Shown one piece after another: positions 25,715-34,639 of a stretch of DNA of 64,000 nucleotides. The DNA lies in the IMG/VR virus record IMGVR_UViG_3300035325_000364, positions 1,876 to 65,875 of that record; one strand, 5' to 3'. The DNA comes from a virus (Duplodnaviria > Caudoviricetes). The notes under the pieces were generated by a model, which had not been told where the DNA came from, did not search any database, and worked only from the letters and a program-made list of their open reading frames with translations. How positions within the stretch are numbered: position 1 is the stretch's first letter; each line of letters starts with the position of its first letter. The translations under genes and the position numbers were made by a program.

Positions 25715-25861
25715 TTCGCCCATGTGCCGCCTCCGTTCTTCCTCAGAACAGGGCGGGAACGGGCAGGTGTCGCAATCCCCCGGTTTGCACGGCGGTTCGC
25801 TTTGACCGTGGCTCATCGCCACTGAAACCGCTATCAGGAGAAGGACACCCACCAGAATCAT
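25712..25861 (-). CDS. 49-aa membrane peptide with Cys-rich tail, absent from the ORF track
   Basis: ATGA overlap with holin stop; MILVGVLLLIAVSVAMS...CKPGDCDTCPFPPC. Confidence 0.5.
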   Translation of the reverse strand: MILVGVLLLIAVSVAMSHGQSEPPCKPGDCDTCPFPPCSEEERRRHMGE

Positions 25862-26265
25862 AATGCAAGGGCCGTGACGCCCTGTTTCTGGCTCCTGACC
25901 TCTGCCTCGATTTTATTCGTCAGGTAGCTGTTAATGTCGCCGTAGACTTGCGTAATAAAATCTCTGGCGGCAGGGGTGAGAGACGCAATACAAGCCCCCA
26001 GAGCCATTTTCGCAGCTTCTTTCTGCGCCTCCGCTGTAAACTCACCCTTGCTTTTGAGTGCGTCCACATACGTCTGACTGGTGGCAGATACCGCATCGGA
26101 AACGGCGATGCCAATTTCCGTGATGTAGCTTTGCACCTTCGCATCTTCCGTCTTAGCGGCGATGTTAGTAGCTGCCTTACGGATGAGGGTTACGCCGTAT
26201 GCGGTAAGAACCGGCACGGCGGCAGTGATAACTGCGATGAGAAGATTAGAAAGAAATTCGTTCAT
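25858..26265 (-). CDS. holin (LL-H-like)
   Basis: single N-terminal TM helix; SQTYVDALK..G.FT.E.QKEA pattern; follows the endolysin. Confidence 0.7.
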   Translation of the reverse strand: MNEFLSNLLIAVITAAVPVLTAYGVTLIRKAATNIAAKTEDAKVQSYITEIGIAVSDAVSATSQTYVDALKSKGEFTAEAQKEAAKMALGACIASLTPAARDFITQVYGDINSYLTNKIEAEVRSQKQGVTALAL

Positions 26266-26275
26266 AAGAGCCTCC

Positions 26276-27676
26276 TTATTTCAACAGTTGGTTTACTTTA
26301 CGCTGCACCGCCTCGTAGTTATATCCGGCAGATTGCAGACGCTTCTTGCGGTCATCCCCGTTGCCCCATTTACCATCAATTACCTCTCTGGCAAGAGCCT
26401 CCATAGACTTTCCCGTTCCGGGGATTTTGATTTTCTGGCCTACGCTGATGATGTTCGGGTTGGCAATTCCGTTATACGCTGCGAGCTTTTGGTATGTCGT
26501 ACCATAGCGGGCGGCGATTGCTGAGAGTGTGTCACCGCTGACTACGGTGTAGATTTCCTCTCCCTGCGACACGGAAATATCGGTCTCACTCGGCGCGGTG
26601 GTTTCGCTTGCACCCGTATATGAGACGTAGGGCAGCTTGCCATGCTTCTTCCAAGTTCGAGTGGGGTAGCCGCTCTTATTGCAGTTGCAAGCGGTAAGCT
26701 GCACCTTGTTTGCCCACGAGGGCGTACACTCCACAGAAAGACCATTGCCAACATAAATACCGATGTGCCCGTTGGTCCAAACTGCTTCGCCAACTTCGAT
26801 GTGGCTGAAATCCGTCGTAACGTTCCGGCACTTGGTAATCATCGTGTCAGCTCCAATGTCGGGTACGCCATTTACCGCATAATCCGCGCCGCCATAGGAC
26901 TTGGACTTATCACCGCACCAGCCCCACAAGAGCCCCTTGATTAAACAAACGCAATCAAAGCCAAAGGTGTCCTCGCTTGCGGCGTTAATCATGGCAGCTC
27001 TCGAAGCATTGCGGTTATACTCGTGGTGCTGGATGTACCGCTTCTTGTTCGCTGCTGTCAGCGGCGCACCGAAGCACCCCATGACGTACAACGTTTTGTA
27101 ATTCTTCGCCACGTCCACAGCTCTTTCGGCGAGCTGCTTGCCAGTCGTGATTTTTGTTGACACTGTTTTTTCCTCCTTCTTGACACTCGCGTACTTGTCA
27201 TAAAAGGTTTGTCCATATCCAGCGCGGCGGTTTTTTGCCGCCTCGCTCTGGTCTGCGGGCTTCTCGAATTTCAGCAACACAAGGTCTGATGCGGCCTTGA
27301 CGCTTGCCGCCGACCTCAGGCTGTTCAGCAACCCATACGCACCCAGCTCCTTGATGAGATAAGTCAGCTGCATATCAAGGTCGCCAATGGATTTGTTCGC
27401 GGCTTTCGCCGCGTCCAACAGCCCCTGTTTGCGGCTCCAATATGTCCACTGTGCAAGGCCATATCCTGCGCTGTCGTGGACGAAATTAGTGTATCTGCCG
27501 CTGTCCACGGCTGCGGTATAACTGGCATCATTGTACCCCAGCTTTTTCTCGTAGGAGTTTTGCAGGTTTTTGGGGTCAAGCCCGCTTTCAGCGTAGAGAT
27601 TCCCCATCAGGCCCGCAGCGCCACTGGAATTAAAACCCTGCGCTTTGAGGTAATCCCAAATCTTTTGTTCATTCAT
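26276..27676 (-). CDS. modular endolysin: phage lysozyme-like + NlpC/P60-like + LysM + Cpl-7
   Basis: [13 protein letters not shown]; FDCVCLIK...GHIGIY; [13 protein letters not shown]; [17 protein letters not shown]. Confidence 0.88.
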   Translation of the reverse strand: MNEQKIWDYLKAQGFNSSGAAGLMGNLYAESGLDPKNLQNSYEKKLGYNDASYTAAVDSGRYTNFVHDSAGYGLAQWTYWSRKQGLLDAAKAANKSIGDLDMQLTYLIKELGAYGLLNSLRSAASVKAASDLVLLKFEKPADQSEAAKNRRAGYGQTFYDKYASVKKEEKTVSTKITTGKQLAERAVDVAKNYKTLYVMGCFGAPLTAANKKRYIQHHEYNRNASRAAMINAASEDTFGFDCVCLIKGLLWGWCGDKSKSYGGADYAVNGVPDIGADTMITKCRNVTTDFSHIEVGEAVWTNGHIGIYVGNGLSVECTPSWANKVQLTACNCNKSGYPTRTWKKHGKLPYVSYTGASETTAPSETDISVSQGEEIYTVVSGDTLSAIAARYGTTYQKLAAYNGIANPNIISVGQKIKIPGTGKSMEALAREVIDGKWGNGDDRKKRLQSAGYNYEAVQRKVNQLLK

Positions 27677-28073
27677 AGCTGTCTCCTTGTCCATCAGAGT
27701 TATCCGGCTCATCCTGTCTCTTATCAGGCCAGCGGTTGTTCTTAGATAGGTTTTCAACGACACTCTTGATGCAGTAAGCCAGTACCACGCCTATGATTTC
27801 AGTGACCGCCACTTGGGACAAGCTCTCTGCAATCTGCACCTTGTCGAGCGCGGCGAGAATGTAACTGAACCACACCCACGCAATGCCATTGGCGAGGCAG
27901 AGCCAGATAACCTTTTTCGTAGTTTCCATTTTCACCTTCGGTTTGATGTGTTTGCCGCGCCGAAGGTCGATAATTCTGTGCTGCAATCGGGCAATACGGG
28001 CTCGGCAAAGAATGAAGGATAACACGGCTCCGACGAAAAAACCACCTAACAGGGTGAATATAATCTTTACCAT
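27669..28073 (-). CDS. holin-like membrane protein
   Basis: three hydrophobic segments; in the lysis cassette. Confidence 0.55.
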   Translation of the reverse strand: MVKIIFTLLGGFFVGAVLSFILCRARIARLQHRIIDLRRGKHIKPKVKMETTKKVIWLCLANGIAWVWFSYILAALDKVQIAESLSQVAVTEIIGVVLAYCIKSVVENLSKNNRWPDKRQDEPDNSDGQGDSYE

Positions 28074-28082
28074 GCCATCCTC

Positions 28083-28412
28083 CTACATTCCTATCTGCCT
28101 AAAGATAAACCCAAGAATGATGCCGATAACGGCTGTTGCGATGTAGCCGACAACCTTGCGCCACATCTCTCCATCGCGGCCTTCAAGGTCCTCCAACCGC
28201 TTACCTTGCCGCTCCTGCTCCTTAACCATGCCTTCCATGTTTGTAGCCAGCTTCTCAACTGAGGTAGCCAGCGCAGACATTCCGCGCACGTTTTCTTCGA
28301 GCAGGTCAATACGGTGGTTCTGACGGCTGTTTTCATCTGCCAAACGCTGGTTTTCAGACACCATGCGCTTCGCAAATTCCTCGTGCTCTGCTCTGGTAAT
28401 TGGTGTGTCCAT
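28083..28412 (-). CDS. XhlA-like coiled-coil membrane protein
   Basis: coiled coil followed by a C-terminal TM helix. Confidence 0.6.
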   Translation of the reverse strand: MDTPITRAEHEEFAKRMVSENQRLADENSRQNHRIDLLEENVRGMSALATSVEKLATNMEGMVKEQERQGKRLEDLEGRDGEMWRKVVGYIATAVIGIILGFIFRQIGM

Positions 28413-28444
28413 AGCGTTATCCTCCTTTCCCGATAGGTATAATC

Positions 28445-28472
28445 AAAAGGAGACGCAGTTGCGCCTCCTTTT
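28445..28472 (-). terminator. terminator-like hairpin between tail and lysis genes
   Basis: AAAAGGAG.CGCA/TGCG.CTCCTTTT. Confidence 0.55.
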
Positions 28473-28477
28473 AATCA

Positions 28478-28663
28478 CTAACCATCCCAACACCCAAGCT
28501 CGCGCAAACGAGCTATCGTGGCGGCTGCCTCATCTTCTTTGACTTGAGCCTTTAGTTGTTCAAGCACGAACGCTTGAGCCTTGATGATTTCAGCTTGCCG
28601 CTTGCAGATGTCAGTTAGCTCTGTAATAAGTTCTGCCGCTGTCATTCCGACACTTCCTCCCAA
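28478..28663 (-). CDS. small coiled-coil hypothetical protein
   Basis: GGAGG RBS; probable start MTAAEL. Confidence 0.5.
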   Translation of the reverse strand: MGGSVGMTAAELITELTDICKRQAEIIKAQAFVLEQLKAQVKEDEAAATIARLRELGCWDG

Positions 28664-29076
28664 GCAGCGGCATAGTCAGCCGGAGAGAAGTTAGTGTCGG
28701 ACTTACACCGGTAAATCTTCTCGTCAGTCCACACCATGTATTCTCCGGCTCGGTACAAATCGTGCGAGCCCTGCACAGGGACGAATGGGCGGGCTGTCTC
28801 CGGCGTAGTGCCGTGGAGCGGACGGTTGAACGTGTACCACGCAGGGTTATCCGGTCGAATGTCTGGGTATGTCGTGTTGTCGTACTCCTGATAGCACTCC
28901 CACGTTTGCCCCTCAGCGTTGTAGATTTCTCCTTTTGCATGTTTGCCCTCGACCCACTCAGGATAAAGGCCAGAGGCGCGAAGTTTCTTGTCATCTGTGT
29001 CTATCGCCTCTCCTGTCAATGTGGCGCGGGAAACAAAGATTGCGCTCGACAGCGCATCCAACATTTTGTCATTCAC
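28642..29076 (-). CDS. carbohydrate-binding-module-like tail-associated protein
   Basis: W..G..Y.GE.Y...GQTWEC and GEYMVWTDEKIYRC...SPADY..AW repeats. Confidence 0.6.
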   Translation of the reverse strand: MNDKMLDALSSAIFVSRATLTGEAIDTDDKKLRASGLYPEWVEGKHAKGEIYNAEGQTWECYQEYDNTTYPDIRPDNPAWYTFNRPLHGTTPETARPFVPVQGSHDLYRAGEYMVWTDEKIYRCKSDTNFSPADYAAAWEEVSE

Positions 29077-29360
29077 AGATTAAGCCCCCTTTCGATAGCC
29101 GCTTCGATTGCCCCTACCTGCTCTGCAACGCGAGCGGTCTTATCAGCCACGCGGTAGTGGTGGTCGATTTCGTACCAGTCGTAGCAGTTGCCCTCATCAT
29201 CCTCTTTGCTATCAAACTTGCGGACAATGCGGAAGTTGTCAGTGATGGTCTGGTCGGGATAGGTACGCTCTACGGAGTGAAACCCTGTCAGGTCGGTATG
29301 GGCATCGCCTTTGGTTTTAAGGATTTCGATTTCGCCCTGCGTTCCAAATACATACTCCAA
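29073..29360 (-). CDS. hypothetical protein downstream of the DGR RT
   Basis: GGAGG RBS; translationally coupled to the next gene. Confidence 0.55.
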   Translation of the reverse strand: MEYVFGTQGEIEILKTKGDAHTDLTGFHSVERTYPDQTITDNFRIVRKFDSKEDDEGNCYDWYEIDHHYRVADKTARVAEQVGAIEAAIERGLNL

Positions 29361-30496
29361 GTTAATTCCTCCTTCCGGTGATTTTCCCGAACAATCCGTT
29401 TCAGGTCGCGCATAATGCGCTGCCCCTGAAACAGCATCCAGTAAAGGTTGTGATTATTACAGTGTTTTAACTGCCCAAGACGTGAAATCAGGCTTGACGC
29501 TGCACCTGCAAAGATTTTCTTTCCTTGCCTCTTTCGCTTTCGGTATCGTGCCAAAGCCCGCTTGATGCGCAGCAGGTTATGCTTGCGAGGCAGGGTGTAG
29601 CCACGCCCATAGCGGTAGCCCACTGCGTCCGGCATACGCCCTTTCTGCCTTGTCACCCCTCTGCGGGGCGGCGGCAGGGGCTGGTGCGGCTCGCGTTTCG
29701 CTACAGGGAATATCTGCCAGTCGCTTTTGAGCTGCAACTGGTGGTTGTTCAGCCACTTCTCCACGAGAATCCGCAGCTTTTTCAGTTTCCGCTTGTTCGA
29801 GCCAAACACGGTTAGGTTGTCCATGTAGCGCGTGTAGTGAGCGCACAGGCCGCTTTGCCGTATGAGCATATCCAATGGCTGTAGAACCGTATTGGCGAAC
29901 CACTGAGAGGTGTAGGCTCCGATGAGAACGCCTTTTGAGATAATCCGCTCAATGAGGTCCAACACCCGCCAGTCCTTGATGAGCTGGCGCATACGGGCTA
30001 TCACGACTTCCGGTTTTAAGCTGTCGTAGAAGTGATAGATGTCGCCCGAAAACTCATACTTTGTACCCTTCTTGTCATCCCGCATCCAGCTCTCAATCGC
30101 AGCTTGCGCTTGATGTGGCCCACGGTCACGAATGGAGCCGCAGCACCACTTGTCCATGCCGCGCATCATAACCGGCTGTAGGATTTGGATAAGAGCGTGA
30201 TGCACATACTGGTCGGGCCATTGTGCGGGTTCACTGACCGTGCGCCATTTCTGGGCGCTCGCGTCCCAGCGTTCGGTAACGTGAGGCGTTTTGGGGACGA
30301 AACCATCTATAAGAATTTGACGCAGCTCTTTGATTCGCTCTGACTTTGTTTCCTCCACCCAAGCCGTGGTAGCGTTTGGGCGGTGGTGCGTTCGCCAGTG
30401 ATGCGTTCTGTTTACCTCGTCGATTGCTTCTTCGAGGTTTTCATCTGAAATAAGGATTCCCCAAAGATTCCCCATTCGTTTTGGCATAAGGGACAA
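29288..30496 (-). CDS. DGR reverse transcriptase (YMDN variant)
   Basis: PDQYVHHAL, DIYHFYDS, GVLIGAYTSQWFAN, RYMDN; adjacent to TR; ATG at 30487 probable. Confidence 0.93.
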   Translation of the reverse strand: MSLMPKRMGNLWGILISDENLEEAIDEVNRTHHWRTHHRPNATTAWVEETKSERIKELRQILIDGFVPKTPHVTERWDASAQKWRTVSEPAQWPDQYVHHALIQILQPVMMRGMDKWCCGSIRDRGPHQAQAAIESWMRDDKKGTKYEFSGDIYHFYDSLKPEVVIARMRQLIKDWRVLDLIERIISKGVLIGAYTSQWFANTVLQPLDMLIRQSGLCAHYTRYMDNLTVFGSNKRKLKKLRILVEKWLNNHQLQLKSDWQIFPVAKREPHQPLPPPRRGVTRQKGRMPDAVGYRYGRGYTLPRKHNLLRIKRALARYRKRKRQGKKIFAGAASSLISRLGQLKHCNNHNLYWMLFQGQRIMRDLKRIVRENHRKEELTWSMYLERRAKSKSLKPKAMPIPT

Positions 30497-30633
30497 TCCT
30501 CCTTTTAGCTATACGGGCTTTCCAGCGCCCCGAAGGGTGTACTAACCCGCTCCCTTTGTTGCTTATCTTCACCAAGAGGTGAGCGACTACCTGCGCCATA
30601 GAAATTGAGGATTAGCGTTATCACAAAAAGGTT

Positions 30634-30770
30634 GCGGCAGCCGATGTTCGTGTTCGTGTTCGACGTGCTGGTGTAGTTGACGTAGAACAGGCCGTGGTTG
30701 GTGTTCTGGTTATAGTTGCCACCAACGTAGAGGCACGGGTTCGACGTGTTGAAGTTCCAGTTATCGCACG
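30634..30770 (-). ncRNA. DGR template repeat (TR)
   Basis: 137-bp ungapped match to VR; rich in AAC triplets; all 17 mismatches at TR adenines. Confidence 0.95.
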
Positions 30771-30815
30771 TTGGACCGCAGGTTGCATCGGCACTGCGCA
30801 GGTAGCCCCAAGATG

Positions 30816-30864
30816 GCCCCCGCCTAACGGCGGGGGCTTCGTGAGGGGGCTCGCGCCCCCTCAC
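30816..30864 (-). promoter_or_regulatory. two GC-rich hairpins downstream of VR/IMH (DGR target-recognition cruciform)
   Basis: 10-bp stem with GCGA loop (30841-30864) and 9-bp stem with GTTA loop (30816-30837). Confidence 0.75.
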
Positions 30865-30873
30865 ACTCCCCCA

Positions 30874-33147
30874 TCAAGGGAGTTCTTGGAGGCGGCAGCC
30901 GATGCTCGAGCTCGTGTCCGACGTGCCGGTGTAGTTGACGAAGAACAGGCCGCGGTTGGTGCCCTGGTAATAGTAGCCACCAACGTAGAGGCACGGGTCC
31001 GACGTGCCGAAGACCCAGTAATCGCACGAGTAAGTAGAATCGCTGCCGCTTGCGGCGGTAGGAATGAATGTCGGGAATGCCCCAGACACACTTTTCACAC
31101 CAAACGCCGAAGGCCAACCGCTCGTCGGCTTACCAATTAGAACACCACCAGAGCTATCGCTGAAACTGTTCGGGTTCAGAATGACATTCATGCCGTTGCT
31201 GTTGTAGTAGCAGCCGTCCATCCAGTCAAGCACGTTATCCCACAAGCCCTCAATGTTACGGTACTGCGTACCGCAGCCATAGGTGGTGCGGGAGCTTTTT
31301 GTTGTACCGGTATGGTACGACATAGAATCCGTGTAGCCCATATTTTCAGTCCCGCTGTTGTTACCGCAGCCGTAGCCGATTTTTGCCTGAGAGTTCCAGT
31401 CGGCAAACTCTACGATGTAGAGCAGCCAAATGGTAAAGCGCATGGCGAAGTCCATCTGCCAGATATTTGAGCCGAGGTTGTGGATAGCGGTACGCGCCGC
31501 AGAGCGAGTGATACTGGCTTTTGGCTTGCCTCCTGTCTTGCTCTTATAATCGCTGGTGTGGCAATGATAGCGTCCGATGTAGACCACATCGCGCTCACCT
31601 TTTCCATCGCCCCGGTTCATGTGAGCTGGGGAGACGGAGAATCCAGAGGTTTCTTTATTGGCAATCTGGATTTTCATACCCGCGCCATTCTGAGTAATCT
31701 TATACCAAAACTTCGGAATGGCTACCATCACACCGCCGGTGCGGTTGCTCTTTACCATACCAGCCCACGGCTGGATGCTGTCAAAGGGAGAGCTACCATT
31801 ACCGTTATTAACTGCGGGCACGGGGTCGGTAAAGCCAGCCGCCGCATCGGTGCGGGTCCACTTGGTCGTGCTGGTTCCATCCCAGCTTGCACCGTAAATC
31901 TTCGGGGCCTCTACGGTCACGGCGCAGGACTTGTTGGCGGGAGCCAGATAATTCGCGCCCTCGGCAACCTTTACCGTGATTGTCGCAGAGCCGACAGCCT
32001 TGCCTGTCACCACGAAGTAATTCCCGGACTTGCTCACCGTGGCAACGCTGGTGTTACTGGACGTTGCAGAAATTTCTCCGTCGCCTGTCTGCGAGGCAGA
32101 GAGAACTGCGGTCTCACCGGGAGCGCCAATCGTGATTTTCGTGGGACTAATAGTCAGTGTGTTCGCGGCTTTGCCAATGCTCCACGGAACCGACTTTGCG
32201 GAGGTCGAACCGTCAGGCCACTGGAAGTTCGCTTTCGGCGTTATCGTAGCCGCATAGCTCTTTGCGGCAGTGCCGGAGGTGTCCCCACCCAGTGTCATCT
32301 TGTTGGCATCATAATTGCTCAGCGTAGGCGACTGCGCCTGTCCGTTGTAGGTCAGGCTTCCGCTCTGGGTGGGAACCGCGAGCGTAGCCTTGGCGATGCT
32401 CCATGCGACAGTCTTGGCTGCGGTCGTCCCATCAGGCCACTGGAAGTTCGCAGTCGGAGCGAAAGAACTGCTGTAATCTCCGGCATCGGTCCGCGCCGTC
32501 TCCGTCTTGGTAAGCTGATTGGTGTTAAGGTTCAGCCATTCCGGGGTCTGAGCACTTCCCGTATAGACCAGCGGCGTTTTAACGCTGGGGACTTCGGCGA
32601 TTGTGGCTCGCTGAATGCTCCACGTCAACTCACGTTCAGTACGGGATTTATCGCCCCATGTGTAACCCTCCTTTGGCGTGGCATACGCCTTGTAGATTCC
32701 GGCGTTTACCTCGCCGGTAAAATCAGCCTCAGATACCTTGCCGCTGCCGTAGGTGATTACCAGCATCTCAACGGGGTAGTTGTTCCACGTCGGTTTCTGG
32801 CGGGTGCCGGTGTAAGCCAGACTGCCGGACTGCGAAGGCGTGGCTGAGATGGTATTCTGGACAGCGGCGATAGCCTCCGCTGCGCCGTCCGCTGTGGACT
32901 TCGCAAGCTCTGCGGTAGACAATGCCTTATCTGCTGTCTTTTGCGCGGCCTTTGCCGCTTTCAGCGCGTCATCCGCTGTCTTTCCGATACGGGCAACCGT
33001 CTTGTCCAGTTTCTCACCGGTCTTGGGGTCAACGACAGCAGGAGTAACCGTTCGGGGAAAGACCTCATCGTAGTTACTCGTTTCGGGGTGTTTAGGGTCC
33101 TCATAGACACGCTGCTCTGCGATGACCCTATCACGCAATTTACCCAT
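30874..33147 (-). CDS. tail fibre/receptor-binding protein, DGR target with C-terminal CLec-type domain
   Basis: three SGSL.Y.G..Q.P repeats, an Ig-like domain, C-terminal LYVGG.Y...GLF...IGCRL. Confidence 0.9.
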   Translation of the reverse strand: MGKLRDRVIAEQRVYEDPKHPETSNYDEVFPRTVTPAVVDPKTGEKLDKTVARIGKTADDALKAAKAAQKTADKALSTAELAKSTADGAAEAIAAVQNTISATPSQSGSLAYTGTRQKPTWNNYPVEMLVITYGSGKVSEADFTGEVNAGIYKAYATPKEGYTWGDKSRTERELTWSIQRATIAEVPSVKTPLVYTGSAQTPEWLNLNTNQLTKTETARTDAGDYSSSFAPTANFQWPDGTTAAKTVAWSIAKATLAVPTQSGSLTYNGQAQSPTLSNYDANKMTLGGDTSGTAAKSYAATITPKANFQWPDGSTSAKSVPWSIGKAANTLTISPTKITIGAPGETAVLSASQTGDGEISATSSNTSVATVSKSGNYFVVTGKAVGSATITVKVAEGANYLAPANKSCAVTVEAPKIYGASWDGTSTTKWTRTDAAAGFTDPVPAVNNGNGSSPFDSIQPWAGMVKSNRTGGVMVAIPKFWYKITQNGAGMKIQIANKETSGFSVSPAHMNRGDGKGERDVVYIGRYHCHTSDYKSKTGGKPKASITRSAARTAIHNLGSNIWQMDFAMRFTIWLLYIVEFADWNSQAKIGYGCGNNSGTENMGYTDSMSYHTGTTKSSRTTYGCGTQYRNIEGLWDNVLDWMDGCYYNSNGMNVILNPNSFSDSSGGVLIGKPTSGWPSAFGVKSVSGAFPTFIPTAASGSDSTYSCDYWVFGTSDPCLYVGGYYYQGTNRGLFFVNYTGTSDTSSSIGCRLQELP
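30892..31028 (-). repeat. DGR variable repeat (VR)
   Basis: 3' end of the tail fibre gene; differs from TR only opposite adenines. Confidence 0.95.
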
Positions 33148-33167
33148 GATTTACTTGCTCCTTTCTT

Positions 33168-33803
33168 TTATTCACCGGTTTCGTTGGTTTGATTCTCATA
33201 CCAATCTTCCACCTGTTCCAGCACACGGAGATGCACACGGGTATTTTCCCCCGGCGTCTCCGCACTTGACAACTCCGTGAAAGCGGCAAAGCGAGCTTTC
33301 ATCACGTCCATCGTGGCGATTGCCTCCGGGTTGATGACCGTCACATCCACCTCGACGGCATCCACGATGTTGATGCAGGTGAACTCCGCGAACTTCTGCA
33401 CGGGGTCGCTCGCCGCCCGAATCCATTCGGGGCTCTCGGCAATCACGATGTAGGTATAGAGGATTTCACCCTCGTCGGGGTCCATCGCCCAGATAGCGCC
33501 CTCGGACGCTAAGAAACCGACTTCGACATCCCGGCTGAACACTTGAAAGACGATTTGGGCCTCACCCGCCACTGGCGTACTGATTTCCGAAATCATACCC
33601 GGCGCTCGCCATTCTGCGAGGTCGGTCATGTCCTTCGGGGCTTTTCCGTCAGGCACTGTTCCAGAGCCGACAGCGGCACGGGTAAACTCAATCTGAGTTT
33701 TCGACGCCATGAGCTTGGCTATCAGCGCCCTCCCTTTTTCTGTTAGATAGTTGCCGTCTTTGTAAGCAGTAGGCATTTCTTGCTCTCCTTTCTTCAATAG
33801 CAT
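33168..33803 (-). CDS. tail-collar/fibre anchoring protein
   Basis: LTEKGRALIAK...FTRAAVGSG, DPDEGEILY. Confidence 0.7.
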   Translation of the reverse strand: MLLKKGEQEMPTAYKDGNYLTEKGRALIAKLMASKTQIEFTRAAVGSGTVPDGKAPKDMTDLAEWRAPGMISEISTPVAGEAQIVFQVFSRDVEVGFLASEGAIWAMDPDEGEILYTYIVIAESPEWIRAASDPVQKFAEFTCINIVDAVEVDVTVINPEAIATMDVMKARFAAFTELSSAETPGENTRVHLRVLEQVEDWYENQTNETGE

Positions 33804-34639
33804 GATGTGATGCTGATACGGGAATACTCGAACAGAACAAACTCAGTCACGTCCACGCCTTTGAACGTCTGCGGCTCTGGCGGCACCGGCGCGGTTTGGA
33901 CCTGCGTATGCTCGAACAGCACTGCGTCTGCTGGAATGGCATCCGTAAAAGTACGTCGGACATCAAACAGCCCGAAGGTCAACCTGCTCCGTTCAAACGC
34001 CGCTGACGCGACAAAATTGTTCTCTGCCGAAGAATGCCTTACATCCGGTAAATCGAATGTAAGGTGGCTACGGTCAAAAAGCGCAGTCGTGATGGGCGTG
34101 GTTTTCTCGAAACTACGGTAGCTCCGCAGGGTTGGGATAATGCCCACGCCAGCGGCGAGAATCCGCTTTATCATCTCAACAATGTCAACCACGTTGGCGA
34201 TGGTCTCAGCGGTCAGGTCCGCTTCATTCACGTCGAGGCTAATTTTTGCCGGAAATACCTCGTCCAGCATTATCTTCTCCACAGGGATTTCAAACAGCTC
34301 CGCTGCCGCATTTAGCACCGTGTTGATGTCGCCGCCTGAAAGCTGTGACAGCAACTTGACCTTGATGGTGAGCCGGTAAAACGCATCGGTCGCACCGAAC
34401 CGCTCTACCCCGAAATTCGCGCCGTAACGGTCAAGCACTGAGCCTTTGGCATAGTCGAGGTCATCCCACAGCTTGATAAGCTCCGCTTGCTCCTGAACAG
34501 AATCCAGCCCCCAAGCGAATATCGAAAACAACTTTCCAATATTTGTTTCTATGGCTAAGCCTCGCTTGTGGTTATCGTAGTCTTTTCGTGTGTACGCACT
34601 TGTTAGCGCATACAACATCTCAGTCAAATATTCTTTCAC
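33794..34639 (-). CDS. baseplate wedge protein (gp48/tail protein I-like)
   Basis: A.G..LDRYG...G..R, ILAAGV; follows baseplate J. Confidence 0.7.
   Translation of the reverse strand: MKEYLTEMLYALTSAYTRKDYDNHKRGLAIETNIGKLFSIFAWGLDSVQEQAELIKLWDDLDYAKGSVLDRYGANFGVERFGATDAFYRLTIKVKLLSQLSGGDINTVLNAAAELFEIPVEKIMLDEVFPAKISLDVNEADLTAETIANVVDIVEMIKRILAAGVGIIPTLRSYRSFEKTTPITTALFDRSHLTFDLPDVRHSSAENNFVASAAFERSRLTFGLFDVRRTFTDAIPADAVLFEHTQVQTAPVPPEPQTFKGVDVTEFVLFEYSRISITSCY

Noticed and set aside
30505-30864. 119-aa ORF spanning TR as a possible avd
   Set aside because: It is the Asn-rich open frame of the template repeat plus hairpins, not a helical Avd.
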